Positions 26,143 to 36,754 are shown, numbered from the stretch's first letter. The stretch is 64,000 nucleotides of DNA from an uncultured Fibrobacterota bacterium (GCA_963753345.1 CAVWBU010000024.1:32001-96000); one strand, 5' to 3'. Translations and numbers: made by a program. Notes: generated from the sequence alone by a model not told the origin.

Positions 26143-28941
26143 CTATTTCTTGGGAGACGGCGGCTGGGCGAACCCGGGTGCCGCTGCCGAAGGCTGCCTG
26201 GGTTGCTGCTGCGCGGCATAGGCCATCATCTGCTGCCTGAACTGTTCGGCCCGCTTGTCGCCCGGATGCGATTCCTCAAACGAGGTTATCACGGCGATGG
26301 CGCTGTCGAACTGCCTCATCTCGAGATAGTTCTTGGCAAGACTTTCGAATCCCGCGTAGTAGTTGGGGTCCTGCCTGATGAGTTCCTTGAGCGCGGGGAT
26401 CGCGTCCTTGCTCTTGCCCTGCATTTCCAACGCCTGCGACAGCATGCGCATGTACTCGGGGTTTTGCGGGTCGGAGGCGATGGCGTCGCGCGCTGCTTTT
26501 TCCGCTTCCGCGTATCTTCCGTGGTTGACGTAGAATTCCTGGAGCAGGGCGCGCGGCCGCCAGTCCCACGGAACGTGGGCGATGCACTTCTGGAGTTCCG
26601 CGGTAACGAGGTCCAGCTTGCTCTGGTAGTCCTTCTGCTGCGCGACAAACGCCGCCTTCTTCGCCTCTGCGTCGGGCAGCTTCTTCACCGAAGCGGCTGC
26701 GATCTGGGTCTGCAGGCTGTCGAGCTCGTTCTTCTGGTCGAGCAGCGGTTTCCTGAGCGACAGCGCGAGCTCCACGTAGCAGGCGGTGTAATTCGCCTCG
26801 AGGCCGCGCGCCGCCTCGTCCACGGGCTCGTCGGTCACCTTGCCGGTGCCGAACCTGTAGACTTTGTCAAGCATGTACGCCGTCTTTTCGATGTTCATGC
26901 GCCTGTCCTGCGGCACCGGCGTCGGGTTGATCCGGTACACCAGGCCTTCCATCTGAAGATAGGGGTCCAGTCCCATGAAGTTGTCTTCCGAGACCGTAAC
27001 CGCGAAATACATGGGCTTGCGCCAGCGGTTGGAATCCACGATGTTGAGCACCATACGGTCCTGCACCCGCATCACCTGCTGCTGCTTCCGGCTGGGAATC
27101 ACCACCTGGATGCCGGCGTTTGACAGGGTGTAGGGGGCCGGCTCGATAAACGGGTTGAGCTCCGCGTTGAGCGCGTCGATCTGGCTGTAGGAGAACGACA
27201 CCGGCACGCGCGGCTCCACGTCCTTGAGCTGTTTGATGTACCAGTCGGTGTTGAGAAGGCTCAGATTGACAATCCGGACGTCCTTCCTGATGCCGTACGC
27301 CTCCTGGACCGCCCACAGCGGGAACGTGTCGTTGTCGCCGTTGGTGATGAGCACCGCGTCCTTGTCGCACGACATGAGAAAATTGTAGGCGGCGTCGTAC
27401 GGAATCCAGTTCATGTGCCTGTCGCGCGGGCCCCAGTTCTGCGTGAGCGGGAGCGCGGGCGACACGAACAGCGCGATCACCGCGAGCGGCGCGACCGTGG
27501 TGCGCAGCAGCTTGTTCTTGTTGGTGAACAGGAACGTGAGAAAGCACCCCGCGGCGATGCCGAGCCACATGCTGTAAAACATGAAACCCGCGTTCCAGAA
27601 GTAGTCGCGGACGCGCACCTCGCGGTGGACATTGGGCACCGGCCCTTCCCTGCCCGCGTGCATCCACGCGAGATAGTCCTGGTGCTCCGGCCTGTTGCCG
27701 TCGGCGAAATTCATGTACCACGTGAGGACGACGGTGGTCATGAGGGTCACGAGAATGAGCATGACGGCGACGTTGCGGTCCTTCCGATAGTAGTAGTACC
27801 ACGCCATCAGCATAAAGGCGGTCGGCAGCAGGTAGATGAGGAGTTTGAGGAACCCGAGCAGGGGGTTTGCCGCCATGAAATTCTTCTGCGTGTCCTTGAG
27901 GCTGAAATGAAAGAACTGCGTGATGTGGAACCCGCCGAAGCCCATGTTGCTTTCGATGCCGAACTGGTTGGAAAGCTTGCCGCGACGCCAGAACGACCGC
28001 GTTACCATGCTCTCCGAACCGTATTGCTTTCTGTCAAGCGTCGAGGAGAACGCCTTCCACGTGACGGGATGGTCTTCGTCGATGATGGGGTTGAGGTTGG
28101 AGCGTATGGGCATGTAGATATGGTTGGAAAACCCGATCACCGCCATGAACGAGAACCAGAAGCAGAACTGCCACTTCGGCTTGTTGCGTCCCTCCATGAA
28201 CATCATGATGAGGGTGATGAGCGTGGCGCAGATACTCACCGCGATGAACCACGACAGGTTGAACATGAACGTGGACATGCATACGCCGATGAGCCACAGC
28301 CGCCAGTCGGTGAGTTTGGATTTGTCGACCATCATGACAAAGAGGAACACCGCCGGAAGCGTGATGCCGGAAATCATGTGCATGCCGACGCCGGAGAACC
28401 CGATATAGGCGATGAGGAGCAGCAGCCGGTCGCGCTTGGGATCCTTGGACTGCGCCCACATGAGCGCAAGCCAGAGCGTGAGCACCACCGGAAGCAGGCA
28501 GAGGTTGCACTGTTCCGAGAACTCAAGCGAGCAGAACCAGAATGTGCTGCTGTAGGCGCACAGGAGCGCGCCGGTCACGCCGGAGCAGTACAGCGTAAGC
28601 CGCTTCCAAAGCGTGTCGGCCTCGCCCACCACATACCACATGACGCGGATGATGATAAGGTAAACGAACATGGCCGTGGCAGCGCTGCCGAACGCCGCGA
28701 GCAGATTGAGGCGGAACCCGGGGTCCTTGAGGAACGAAAACACCATCAGGAAAAATCTGGCAATGGGAATGAGCAAGGGCGTGCCCGGCGGGTGCGGAAT
28801 GCCGAGACAACCGGCCGCCGCAAGATACTCGCCGCAGTCCCAGAGCGCGACCGTGGGGCCTGCGGTGAGGATGTACACGATTGACGAAGCAAGAAACACG
28901 AAAATGGCGAGCGCGACATTGACGTTCTTGTGGGCGAACAT
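26143..28941 (-). CDS. DUF2723 (TMEM260-like GT-C glycosyltransferase) with C-terminal TPRs
   Basis: WDCGEY...LGIPHPPG, RKQY, HREVRVRDYF, TNGDNDTFPLW and NLSLLNTDWY motifs; TPR-like tail. Confidence 0.88.
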   Translation of the reverse strand: MFAHKNVNVALAIFVFLASSIVYILTAGPTVALWDCGEYLAAAGCLGIPHPPGTPLLIPIARFFLMVFSFLKDPGFRLNLLAAFGSAATAMFVYLIIIRVMWYVVGEADTLWKRLTLYCSGVTGALLCAYSSTFWFCSLEFSEQCNLCLLPVVLTLWLALMWAQSKDPKRDRLLLLIAYIGFSGVGMHMISGITLPAVFLFVMMVDKSKLTDWRLWLIGVCMSTFMFNLSWFIAVSICATLITLIMMFMEGRNKPKWQFCFWFSFMAVIGFSNHIYMPIRSNLNPIIDEDHPVTWKAFSSTLDRKQYGSESMVTRSFWRRGKLSNQFGIESNMGFGGFHITQFFHFSLKDTQKNFMAANPLLGFLKLLIYLLPTAFMLMAWYYYYRKDRNVAVMLILVTLMTTVVLTWYMNFADGNRPEHQDYLAWMHAGREGPVPNVHREVRVRDYFWNAGFMFYSMWLGIAAGCFLTFLFTNKNKLLRTTVAPLAVIALFVSPALPLTQNWGPRDRHMNWIPYDAAYNFLMSCDKDAVLITNGDNDTFPLWAVQEAYGIRKDVRIVNLSLLNTDWYIKQLKDVEPRVPVSFSYSQIDALNAELNPFIEPAPYTLSNAGIQVVIPSRKQQQVMRVQDRMVLNIVDSNRWRKPMYFAVTVSEDNFMGLDPYLQMEGLVYRINPTPVPQDRRMNIEKTAYMLDKVYRFGTGKVTDEPVDEAARGLEANYTACYVELALSLRKPLLDQKNELDSLQTQIAAASVKKLPDAEAKKAAFVAQQKDYQSKLDLVTAELQKCIAHVPWDWRPRALLQEFYVNHGRYAEAEKAARDAIASDPQNPEYMRMLSQALEMQGKSKDAIPALKELIRQDPNYYAGFESLAKNYLEMRQFDSAIAVITSFEESHPGDKRAEQFRQQMMAYAAQQQPRQPSAAAPGFAQPPSPKK

Positions 28942-29070
28942 AACCCGACCTTTCCCAGTCCGGAAAAATGGCGTGTGAGGGTGAATCAGAAACAATCGGT
29001 TAAAAATACGTATTTCCACGGGGAGAAGGGAATGAGAAGTTGTATCTGTAATTATTACATAATAAGAATA

Positions 29071-29214
29071 TGGGCGTTTCCCTCGCTACGCTCGGGCCGG
29101 TCTCCCTCCGGGCTCGGCCTTCGGCCTCGTTGCCGGATCGCCCTATGCCTATCGGCCGGGTCGACCGGCAATCCCGCTATGGCGGGACCGCTCCGGTCCA
29201 CCTAACGCGCGGCA
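29071..29214 (+). repeat. Dispersed structured repeat, module A (solo)
   Basis: tgggcgtttccctcgctacgctcggg...tcccgctatggcgggacc...cctaacgcgcggca. Confidence 0.9.
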
Positions 29215-29304
29215 AGGGGAATCTGTTTTGTCAAGAAGTAATATTTGCGCCGCAAGGAATTATCATGGATAAGCACATATGAGTCCTTACTTATTAGTCA
29301 TTGA

Positions 29305-31854
29305 ATGAGTATAGTATTTTCATCCAGAATGATACTCGACACCAAATTCTCCTCCTGGTACGAACGTAACCGCCCCTACCTTACCGGACATGGTCTCTGG
29401 CTGGCCGGAAACGAGATCAACACGCTTGACCCATCGGAATACGATGCGCGGCCGAACAGGATCCTTATTGCCCGGCTGTCCACCTACTACGACACCGCCG
29501 AATCGTTCTCGCACAAGGTGCTGTACCAGATCGCGCGCAGGCAGCGCGGCACGTTTCCCGATTTCGCGTTTCTCCCGCCCGTGAACGACGGCCCGATCAT
29601 GCTCTCCGACAACGTGCCGTGGCTTCTTGGCACCTCCACCAAACGCGGGCCGCTCGATTTCAACCTTGTCGCGTTCTCCAATGCCACGCTGCAGGAACTG
29701 GTGAACATCCCGGCGATGCTTGAAAACAGCGGCATGCCGCCGGGCAAGAGCGCGCGGCTTTCGGACGAGAACTTCCCGCTTGTCATTCTCGGCGGATCAA
29801 ACGCGCTGCACGCCACGGTCTTTTTCACGGCCGACCCTCCCGTGGATGGCATTTTTGTGGGCGAGTCCGTGGAGTGCATTTCCCGGATATTCGACATCTG
29901 CGGCCAATCGCGCCGGAAGGGACTTTCCAAGCGGGAAACGCTTTCCCTGCTTGAAGAAGTGCCCGGCTTTGTCCAGCCGGACAAACCAAAGAAGACCTGT
30001 CGCGCGCACGCAGAATCGCCAGCCCTTAATGGGCTTCTCGAAGATGCGCCGGTTTCCAACCTTGCCCATCGGTACGGTGAGGGCAATCTCCAGATTTCGG
30101 AAGGATGCCCGTGCTTCTGCAGCTTCTGCTCCGAAAGCCTCGGCAGGAAACCGTACCGCGAGGTTCCGGCGAGCGACGTCGTCGCGCAGGCCCGTTGCAT
30201 GAAGGCGGGCATGGGCCTTGATAAAGTGGAACTCTACAGCTTCAACTTCAATATGCACTCCGGACTTCGCTCGATTCTGGAAGGCCTGGCGCGCCTGTTT
30301 CCCTCGGTGGGCCTCAAGAGCCAGCGGTTCGACATGCTCGCGGCCGAGCCGGACATGCTCCCGAGCCTGCTCGCCATAGGGAAATCGAGCCTCACCTGCG
30401 GCCTGGAAGGCATTTCCCCGCGGCTGCGTCGGTACCTGCACAAAAGCCTTTCAGAAAACGATCTCACACGCGGGCTTTCGCTTATACTTTTGTCACCGGT
30501 GCGCGAGCTGAAAATTTTCCTGCTCATTACCGGCAAGGAAGAGGAGCCAGACATGGCAGCCTTTGAGGCGCTTCTCGCATTAATCAAGGAGAAGACGGCC
30601 GGGGCCGGCTGCGGTGCTAACGCACGCGTCATTTTCTCAGCCACGCCGCTGGTGCGTTTCCCGTGGACGCCGCTTGAATTCGAGAACGCGCCGACGCCCG
30701 AGGCGCTCCGTCCGATTGCGGCGCGGCTCCACAACACCGTCGAACGCCGCGGCTTTGAATTCCGCATGTCAAGCGACCTGGGCGATTATCACCTGTCGCA
30801 GATGCTGGCGCGCGCCTCGCACCCGCGAACGTACGAGGCCCTACTGTCCGCCATCCACAGGACGGGGTATGTGTATTACCGGTCGGTGCCTGCGTCGTTT
30901 GTCAATGCATTCGTCGAATCGTGCGAAGGTCTCGGGATTTCCCACGAGGCGATGCTCGCCGGCGCCTCGCCCCTCGACACGGCAAAGCCGTGGCTTGCCA
31001 TTGAAACCGGCGTTGACAGGAGCTTTTTGATAGAACAGCACACAAACGCAGTCGCATTTGTCGACAAAGGTTATTGTCTCGGCGCGCCGGGCAGGGAGAG
31101 CGAATGCAGGGGTTGCGGCGCTTGCGAACAGGCTGATTGCAAGGCCATTACGGCCGCGCGCACAAACGCGCCGTTGCGTCCGGCGCAGCTTAAAGAACTT
31201 TCGCAGCAATGGCATAGTTGCGAGGAAATCAGTTTTCTTGTCAATGTGCAGGAACCCTGCCGCGGCCTTCCCCGGCAAAGCGTGGGCATTGCCCTTGCGC
31301 GCGCGCTCATGACCGCCGAACCCGGGCTCGTCGATTTCTACGTAGGATACCGGGGGTCGTTCTGGGCAAAAGGGGACCAGCCGTGCTGGATCACGGGCAA
31401 AGACATCGTGACCCTTTGCTTCCGCAGGCCGGGTGCGGAACTGGTTGAGAAAACCGTATCAACCAAGTCGCGTCTGTCAAAAGTGAACACCGTCTTCGGC
31501 AGGTGGGGCACGCTTGTCGGACCGGTCCGAGACACTTCTGACCAATGGACCCTCTCGATCCGGTCACCCTATGAATTTACGGCAAAGGAATATTTTGCGA
31601 AAAAAGGACTTCCCTATGTTTTGAGGAAGATCGCGGAGGGAAAGTACGTGTTTGATTTTTCCGCCAAGGCGAAAAAGAAAAAACTTGTGAAGTCGCTTGA
31701 GCATGCGGTGACAACAGACGGAGGGGCGGAGCTGCGCATGACAGTGTTTGACAAATTCGACTCTGAGGAGTTTGTCAAAGCGGCGTTTGGGTTCGGGGAT
31801 GAGAGGGAATGGGTAAGGGTGAGGGTGGAGGCGATTGATAAAGTATTCGCCTGA
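29305..31854 (+). CDS. Radical SAM protein (TIGR03960-like layout)
   Basis: EGCPCFCSFC; GNEIN N-terminus; PLVILGG; later CRGCGAC cluster. Confidence 0.8.
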   Translation: MSIVFSSRMILDTKFSSWYERNRPYLTGHGLWLAGNEINTLDPSEYDARPNRILIARLSTYYDTAESFSHKVLYQIARRQRGTFPDFAFLPPVNDGPIMLSDNVPWLLGTSTKRGPLDFNLVAFSNATLQELVNIPAMLENSGMPPGKSARLSDENFPLVILGGSNALHATVFFTADPPVDGIFVGESVECISRIFDICGQSRRKGLSKRETLSLLEEVPGFVQPDKPKKTCRAHAESPALNGLLEDAPVSNLAHRYGEGNLQISEGCPCFCSFCSESLGRKPYREVPASDVVAQARCMKAGMGLDKVELYSFNFNMHSGLRSILEGLARLFPSVGLKSQRFDMLAAEPDMLPSLLAIGKSSLTCGLEGISPRLRRYLHKSLSENDLTRGLSLILLSPVRELKIFLLITGKEEEPDMAAFEALLALIKEKTAGAGCGANARVIFSATPLVRFPWTPLEFENAPTPEALRPIAARLHNTVERRGFEFRMSSDLGDYHLSQMLARASHPRTYEALLSAIHRTGYVYYRSVPASFVNAFVESCEGLGISHEAMLAGASPLDTAKPWLAIETGVDRSFLIEQHTNAVAFVDKGYCLGAPGRESECRGCGACEQADCKAITAARTNAPLRPAQLKELSQQWHSCEEISFLVNVQEPCRGLPRQSVGIALARALMTAEPGLVDFYVGYRGSFWAKGDQPCWITGKDIVTLCFRRPGAELVEKTVSTKSRLSKVNTVFGRWGTLVGPVRDTSDQWTLSIRSPYEFTAKEYFAKKGLPYVLRKIAEGKYVFDFSAKAKKKKLVKSLEHAVTTDGGAELRMTVFDKFDSEEFVKAAFGFGDEREWVRVRVEAIDKVFA

Positions 31855-31897
31855 CAATCTATTGCTAAAATTAATAAATTAAGAAATCAAAACGTCT

Positions 31898-31980
31898 TTG
31901 GGTGCTTCGCGGGGTGCAGCGTGGTTGGGCCTGTGGCAAGACCGACACACCCGTTGCGCGCACCCTTGGAGCGGCAGTTG
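31898..31980 (+). repeat. Degenerate module-B-like remnant
   Basis: gggtgc...gcacccttggagcggcagttg resembles the B 3' end (gcacccgtggagagtagttg). Confidence 0.35.
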
Positions 31981-32174
31981 TAAAGTAACGATGTTGTATC
32001 CGCTCAAACCCATGGTATTTGGGGGTGTCAGGTGAAAGGGACGATCATGATTTAGCGGCATGTTCTTTTCGCAAGGCGATTAGCAGCGATGTTTAGGACG
32101 TGGGCGCTGCTTTTCTTGAATAATATTTGAGACCTTTCATCCTTGAATTTTCGTTGTGAGAAGCCTTCGGGTAA

Positions 32175-32996
32175 TCAAAGTTTCTTTAGATATTCTTTTT
32201 GAGTTTTTGTCACGTAGTAATGTGATTCCCTCCAATCTTCTAGACTTTTATTGCATAGCGAGCCATCAGAGTAAAGCCGTCTTCTTTGGTCTAGGTGTGC
32301 GCTACTAAAGCTAGAGGTAAATGCGGAAGCGTATTTGTTCTCCCGACAAAGAATTTCTCTTTGTCGTAGAATTTCTGGAATCGTGTCGCTTGATAAGACA
32401 TATTCCAAATAGGCCCATATTTTAGGATTGGCAGGACAAATCTGATTTATCCAATATTCACGGCTATCTTCGCCAAGTTTTGCCTCAAAATCTATATCGC
32501 GACAATATCGCCTTAGATTAAAGATGGCTTCATCTAATAAAGCTACGAAATTCAATTCAGGTGTGGTCCAGAAAGCAGAGAAAAAGGACGGGAAAGAAAT
32601 TACCCCATATCGATCTACGTGCTGCTCTACAATATCATAAAAAGAGAACTCATGATTTCGATGAGAAAAAATGAGATCGATGTTGATGTTTAAAGTATTC
32701 TTGACCTGATCTCTAAGTTTTCCAATGTCGTGAGAATGGTCTTTTATGGAAACATTGTCGTATAGCAATACCGACTTTAGATATTTTTCAAGAGCTTGAG
32801 AAATGTGAAACAGTGCTTCCTCTTTTAAGCCCAGTCTTAGTAGATCGCGGCTAATGATGTAGTCGCGGTCTGCTGTTTCGACAAAACAAATCTGAATTTC
32901 TTCATTTCTCTTAGCTCGAAAACAATATAGATATTGTGGATCGTCACTTTTATGCGGACATGAATCACAGAATTTACCTTGAACTTCTTGCCACAT
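32175..32996 (-). CDS. HEPN domain protein
   Basis: ADRDY..SR...ALFHISQALEKYLKSVL...HSHDI pattern of classical HEPN; AT-rich. Confidence 0.75.
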   Translation of the reverse strand: MWQEVQGKFCDSCPHKSDDPQYLYCFRAKRNEEIQICFVETADRDYIISRDLLRLGLKEEALFHISQALEKYLKSVLLYDNVSIKDHSHDIGKLRDQVKNTLNINIDLIFSHRNHEFSFYDIVEQHVDRYGVISFPSFFSAFWTTPELNFVALLDEAIFNLRRYCRDIDFEAKLGEDSREYWINQICPANPKIWAYLEYVLSSDTIPEILRQREILCRENKYASAFTSSFSSAHLDQRRRLYSDGSLCNKSLEDWRESHYYVTKTQKEYLKKL

Positions 32997-33098
32997 TTAT
33001 TGCCTCATTTTATGGTCGGTCATATCGTGAAAACAAAGAAGGAAGATAACGTAGAATCTTTCGGCGCATTTTCATATTCATGTTTCCCAGAAAGACGG

Positions 33099-33752
33099 TT
33101 ACAGGTCGCTATCGTAAACCGAGTCAAGGAGGCATGTACATCCATCATGTGCCGGATATTTAGGCCCGGTTCCTTTCTTGTACCTTCCTTCATTCTTCTT
33201 GCATATTTTGCAATGCGTGTCGGGATCGCTCAATGTCCATTCCCAGCCTGTTGCGTCTTCATCTTCCATAAGGTCATAGAAGAACTTTTCGCCAATGGCG
33301 GATGCGAACTTTGTATCCCTTTTCGTGGCCAATTCATCTGTCTTCTTACGATATTCCTCCCGCAATATTTCCTTTTGAGCTTTTTTGGATTTCTTTGTTG
33401 CGGGGTCATCTTTTCGGGATAAATTGTATTTTGACAATTCCAAGCATAAATTCTGATAGAGGATTTTCCGTTCGCTCTTAAATTCCAGATCGGAATTTCG
33501 AATTATGTCATTTCGTTCTTTTTCTTTGACTGCTGACCTTACATATTTGTTATCTATGCCATGAGTCAAACACCATTCCAGCTTCTCCGTGTTTAATTTT
33601 CGAGTAAGCCCATCGGAAATATGTAAATCCTCGCTTGTAATTTCCTTTTCATTTGGTTCCTGTGTTTTGGGTTTTAATTCAATACCCGGATCTTCAGGGA
33701 CAATTGCGGAATCAGATTTGAAGATTTTCAAAATACCGTCAACGAGTCCCAT
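33099..33752 (-). CDS. Hypothetical protein with MuF-like C-terminal Cys/His motif
   Basis: WEW...DTHCKIC...G...YPAHDGCTC resembles the C..C...P.HPNCRC end of phage MuF domains; AT-rich. Confidence 0.5.
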   Translation of the reverse strand: MGLVDGILKIFKSDSAIVPEDPGIELKPKTQEPNEKEITSEDLHISDGLTRKLNTEKLEWCLTHGIDNKYVRSAVKEKERNDIIRNSDLEFKSERKILYQNLCLELSKYNLSRKDDPATKKSKKAQKEILREEYRKKTDELATKRDTKFASAIGEKFFYDLMEDEDATGWEWTLSDPDTHCKICKKNEGRYKKGTGPKYPAHDGCTCLLDSVYDSDL

Positions 33753-34273
33753 TTTATCATGTCCTTTTCGATTAACCCGTTTGGCCGCCCCGCCACGACT
33801 GCGGTCTATTTTTTAGAGTGCGCCATGGTCTTATTAATTCTATTTATATTCTTGGGCGGCGGTTAATAATATCATTGGTTAAAAATAATTGGCTTCAATT
33901 TCACGTTTCCCAGCACAATTCCCACCATTTACGCCCGCCAGAGTGCCGTTTTAAATTGTCTTTTGTCTTGTTATATATTCCTTTTTATTCATCGCCCAGG
34001 ATGGGCGATTTCTCGCCTTGCAAAAGAACAGGTATTATTCAGTAACCGGCATATTCAATATTTCCCTAAACTTCCAAACATATTATGCTGTCTTGCCATA
34101 ATGTCCACCATGTCAACTTCCCTTCGCTTGCCGATCCTGCAACCGCCCATGTCCACCCTTCAGAAACTAGATATTCCCTGTCCTCAAAAGCAAATCCCCC
34201 GTCCTCTTGGTCAAGCAATGTACCGTCCTCCCGAATGAAACAGAAACGCCGCGGCTCTCGGGACCGCGCCAAC

Positions 34274-34309
34274 AAAAAAGGAGGAGTGGTGCCAAACCCG
34301 CTCCTCCTT
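34274..34309 (-). terminator. Intrinsic terminator of the 650-aa gene
   Basis: Stem aaggaggagtgg/ccgctcctcctt with an A-tract on the left (U-tract on the minus strand). Confidence 0.7.
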
Positions 34310-34332
34310 CCTTGCCGTCAGGATGCGTTCTC

Positions 34333-36285
34333 TTATTCCGTCAACGCCAGCTTCCTCTGAACGATGTAGGAACCCGCCTGGAATTTAAGGAAGTAGTATC
34401 CTACGGGCAGTTTCGCGCGGTCGAAGTTTACCGAATAGGAACCGGCGCCCTGCACGCCGCTCGCGAAGTGACTGACCAGTTTCCCTCGCATGTCGTAGAG
34501 AGCTATGGAAACGCTCGCGGCGGAGGCGAGATTGTACTTGATCCCCGACTTGGAAACCGACACCATGTTTGAACGAAGGGTCATTTCCTGCTGGAGCACG
34601 CCCGCGCCCGGCGTAAGGAACCAGCCGAGCGTGGTGGTCTGGCCGGCGACAATGGCAACAGCCAAGCCCGTGTCGGCAGCAAAGCCCGGCGCGCTGACCG
34701 AGAACTTGTAATTGCCCGCCGCAAGGCCGCTTAAGGAAGCAACGCCGCTGGCGTTCGTTGTCGCGCTCTGGCTCCCGCCCGAGGTCATCTGAATGGTTGC
34801 CCCGGAAATCGGAGCGCCGGTGGTTGTATTATACACGGTGGCGTTCAGGTTGCCCGTTGGCACCGCGACAGAAGCGTAGTACACCGCGCCGGCAAACTGA
34901 CGGGGAAAAAACGAGGCAGTCGCGCTTGTGAAGTCTGATCCGAGCACGGCCCAGCACTGGGTGTCGAAGGACAGATTTGCGTCCGAGAAAACATACGGGC
35001 CGCCCGCACCGGTCTGATATCCTACGCCTAGGTTGGCGGGCGCGAATATGGCGACGCCCAGCTTCTGCTGGACAGAGAGAACGCCGATTGAGGACAGGTC
35101 AACGGGAATTATCGTATAGCCGGTGCTCGCCATGGTAAGTCCGGTTGCCGTGCCGACTTTTACCCACAGTCCGTCCTGGAAATTGGCGGGGCTTGCGGCG
35201 CGGGGCCACGGCAGACCATTCGGATGGACCCATATTTCAAGGGTCACGCCGGTCGAACCCACAGGGTAGCCCGCCAGGCTGATCTGGCAGAGCTGAACGG
35301 GCTTCAAGGCCGTGATCTCGAACGTGATCCCGTTATAACCGTTGTTCGCGGCAAGGCCGGTCGACAGCATGCCTGAGCATACGAGCGGCGTCAGAAACCA
35401 ACCCACGGTCGTCGTTTGGCCCGAGGCGATGGCGACGGCCAAGCCGGTATCAGCCACAAAGCCGGGCGCAGTGACCTTGAATTTGTAATTGCCGGCCGGA
35501 AGGCCGGTAAAGGATGCAACGCCGCTGGCATTCGTTGTCGTTGTGTCAAGGCTCGCGCCGGAGGTTATCTGAACCGTTGCGCCGGAAATCGGAGCGTTGG
35601 TGCCTGAGTTATAAACAGCGGCGTTGAGGTTGCCGATGTTGATCGGGGCAAGGGTGTACGAAACAGCGCCCGCAAACTGGCGGGGGAAAAACGAGGGGGT
35701 CGCGGTTGTAAACGATGTTCCCTGCAGAGCCCAGCACTGAGTGTCGAAGGACAGATTCGTGTCCGCAATAGTGTACGGGCCGCCCACGCCGGTCTGGTAT
35801 CCCACGCCTACATTGGCGGGCGCGAATATGGCAACGCCCAGCTTCTGCTGGGCGGCGAGTGTGCCGATTGAAGACAGATCAACGGGAATTGCCGTATACC
35901 CGGTGCTCGCCATGGCAAGTCCTGTTGCCGTGCCGACCTTGACCCACAGGCCGTCCTGGAAATTGGCGGGACTTGCGGCGCGGGGCCACGGCAGACCATT
36001 CGGATGGACCCATATTTCAAGGGTTACGCCGGTCGCGCCCGCAGGGTACGCAGCCAGGCTGATCTGGCAGAGTTTAAGGGACTTGAGCGCCGTGATCTCG
36101 AACGTAATCCCGGTTTGACCGTTGTTCGCCGCAAGACCGGTTGACAACGAGTTTGCGCATTGCGCAAAGACAGCGCCGCCGACGGACGAGCTCATCAGAA
36201 CAATCGTGCACGCCGCCGCGGTCAAACAGGCCAGCCGCACCAACGCCCTTTCGGTTTTTCCAAAATAGGCGGAAGACATACACAC
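34333..36285 (-). CDS. Secreted protein with two tandem (beta-domain + carboxypeptidase-regulatory-like Ig) repeats and T9SS-like CTD
   Basis: Near-identical duplicated ~255-aa unit (LSTGLAANNG...GWFLTP); PISGAT, TTNASG.A.F and L.AGNY Ig motifs; C-terminal LYDMRGKLV...GYYFLK. Confidence 0.8.
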   Translation of the reverse strand: MCMSSAYFGKTERALVRLACLTAAACTIVLMSSSVGGAVFAQCANSLSTGLAANNGQTGITFEITALKSLKLCQISLAAYPAGATGVTLEIWVHPNGLPWPRAASPANFQDGLWVKVGTATGLAMASTGYTAIPVDLSSIGTLAAQQKLGVAIFAPANVGVGYQTGVGGPYTIADTNLSFDTQCWALQGTSFTTATPSFFPRQFAGAVSYTLAPINIGNLNAAVYNSGTNAPISGATVQITSGASLDTTTTNASGVASFTGLPAGNYKFKVTAPGFVADTGLAVAIASGQTTTVGWFLTPLVCSGMLSTGLAANNGYNGITFEITALKPVQLCQISLAGYPVGSTGVTLEIWVHPNGLPWPRAASPANFQDGLWVKVGTATGLTMASTGYTIIPVDLSSIGVLSVQQKLGVAIFAPANLGVGYQTGAGGPYVFSDANLSFDTQCWAVLGSDFTSATASFFPRQFAGAVYYASVAVPTGNLNATVYNTTTGAPISGATIQMTSGGSQSATTNASGVASLSGLAAGNYKFSVSAPGFAADTGLAVAIVAGQTTTLGWFLTPGAGVLQQEMTLRSNMVSVSKSGIKYNLASAASVSIALYDMRGKLVSHFASGVQGAGSYSVNFDRAKLPVGYYFLKFQAGSYIVQRKLALTE

Positions 36286-36579
36286 CCCCTTTTAGGAGAG
36301 AGTTTGGATGATAGGGGAAGAGAATTGGGAAATGCTTGTACGATTATAAAAGACACTACGGGAATTTCACGTGATCGCTTGAACTCTCGGTTTACGTTCA
36401 TGTTGCCGGGCTTCCCCATTGCCTTTCGGGAAAGCAGACATAGTAATTATAGACTCTTCCGCTGCTGCTGTCAACCACAAAACGGCAAGGCTCGCGGCTT
36501 TGGATCGGGCATTTTGGTTTTGGGCGTAATATGATTCCACCGAAAAACGTGCAAGGAATGTTCAATCCCACAGCGAGCG

Positions 36580-36671
36580 GATTCCCCGGAGCTTACTCCG
36601 GGGTTAGCGAGCGACTATAAGTATGTTTTCTTTCCATAGGGATGGAAGATTCCCCGCAGCTTGCTGCGGGG
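36580..36671. repeat. Pair of directly repeated GATTCCCCG hairpins (REP / IS200-IS605 end-like)
   Basis: gatt-ccccggag-ctta-ctccgggg and gatt-ccccgcag-cttg-ctgcgggg, with a compensatory change between them. Confidence 0.65.
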
Positions 36672-36754
36672 TTCTTCAATCCTGGTTGGCGCTTACTGAG
36701 ATTATTGTCAGCAAATACTTAATGAGGCTGGAACCACTTTACATTTCGTCCCCG

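Noticed and set aside
33963-34275. Small ORFs at the right edge of the AT-rich island as a transposase or toxin remnant
   Set aside because: No recognisable motif in either orientation.
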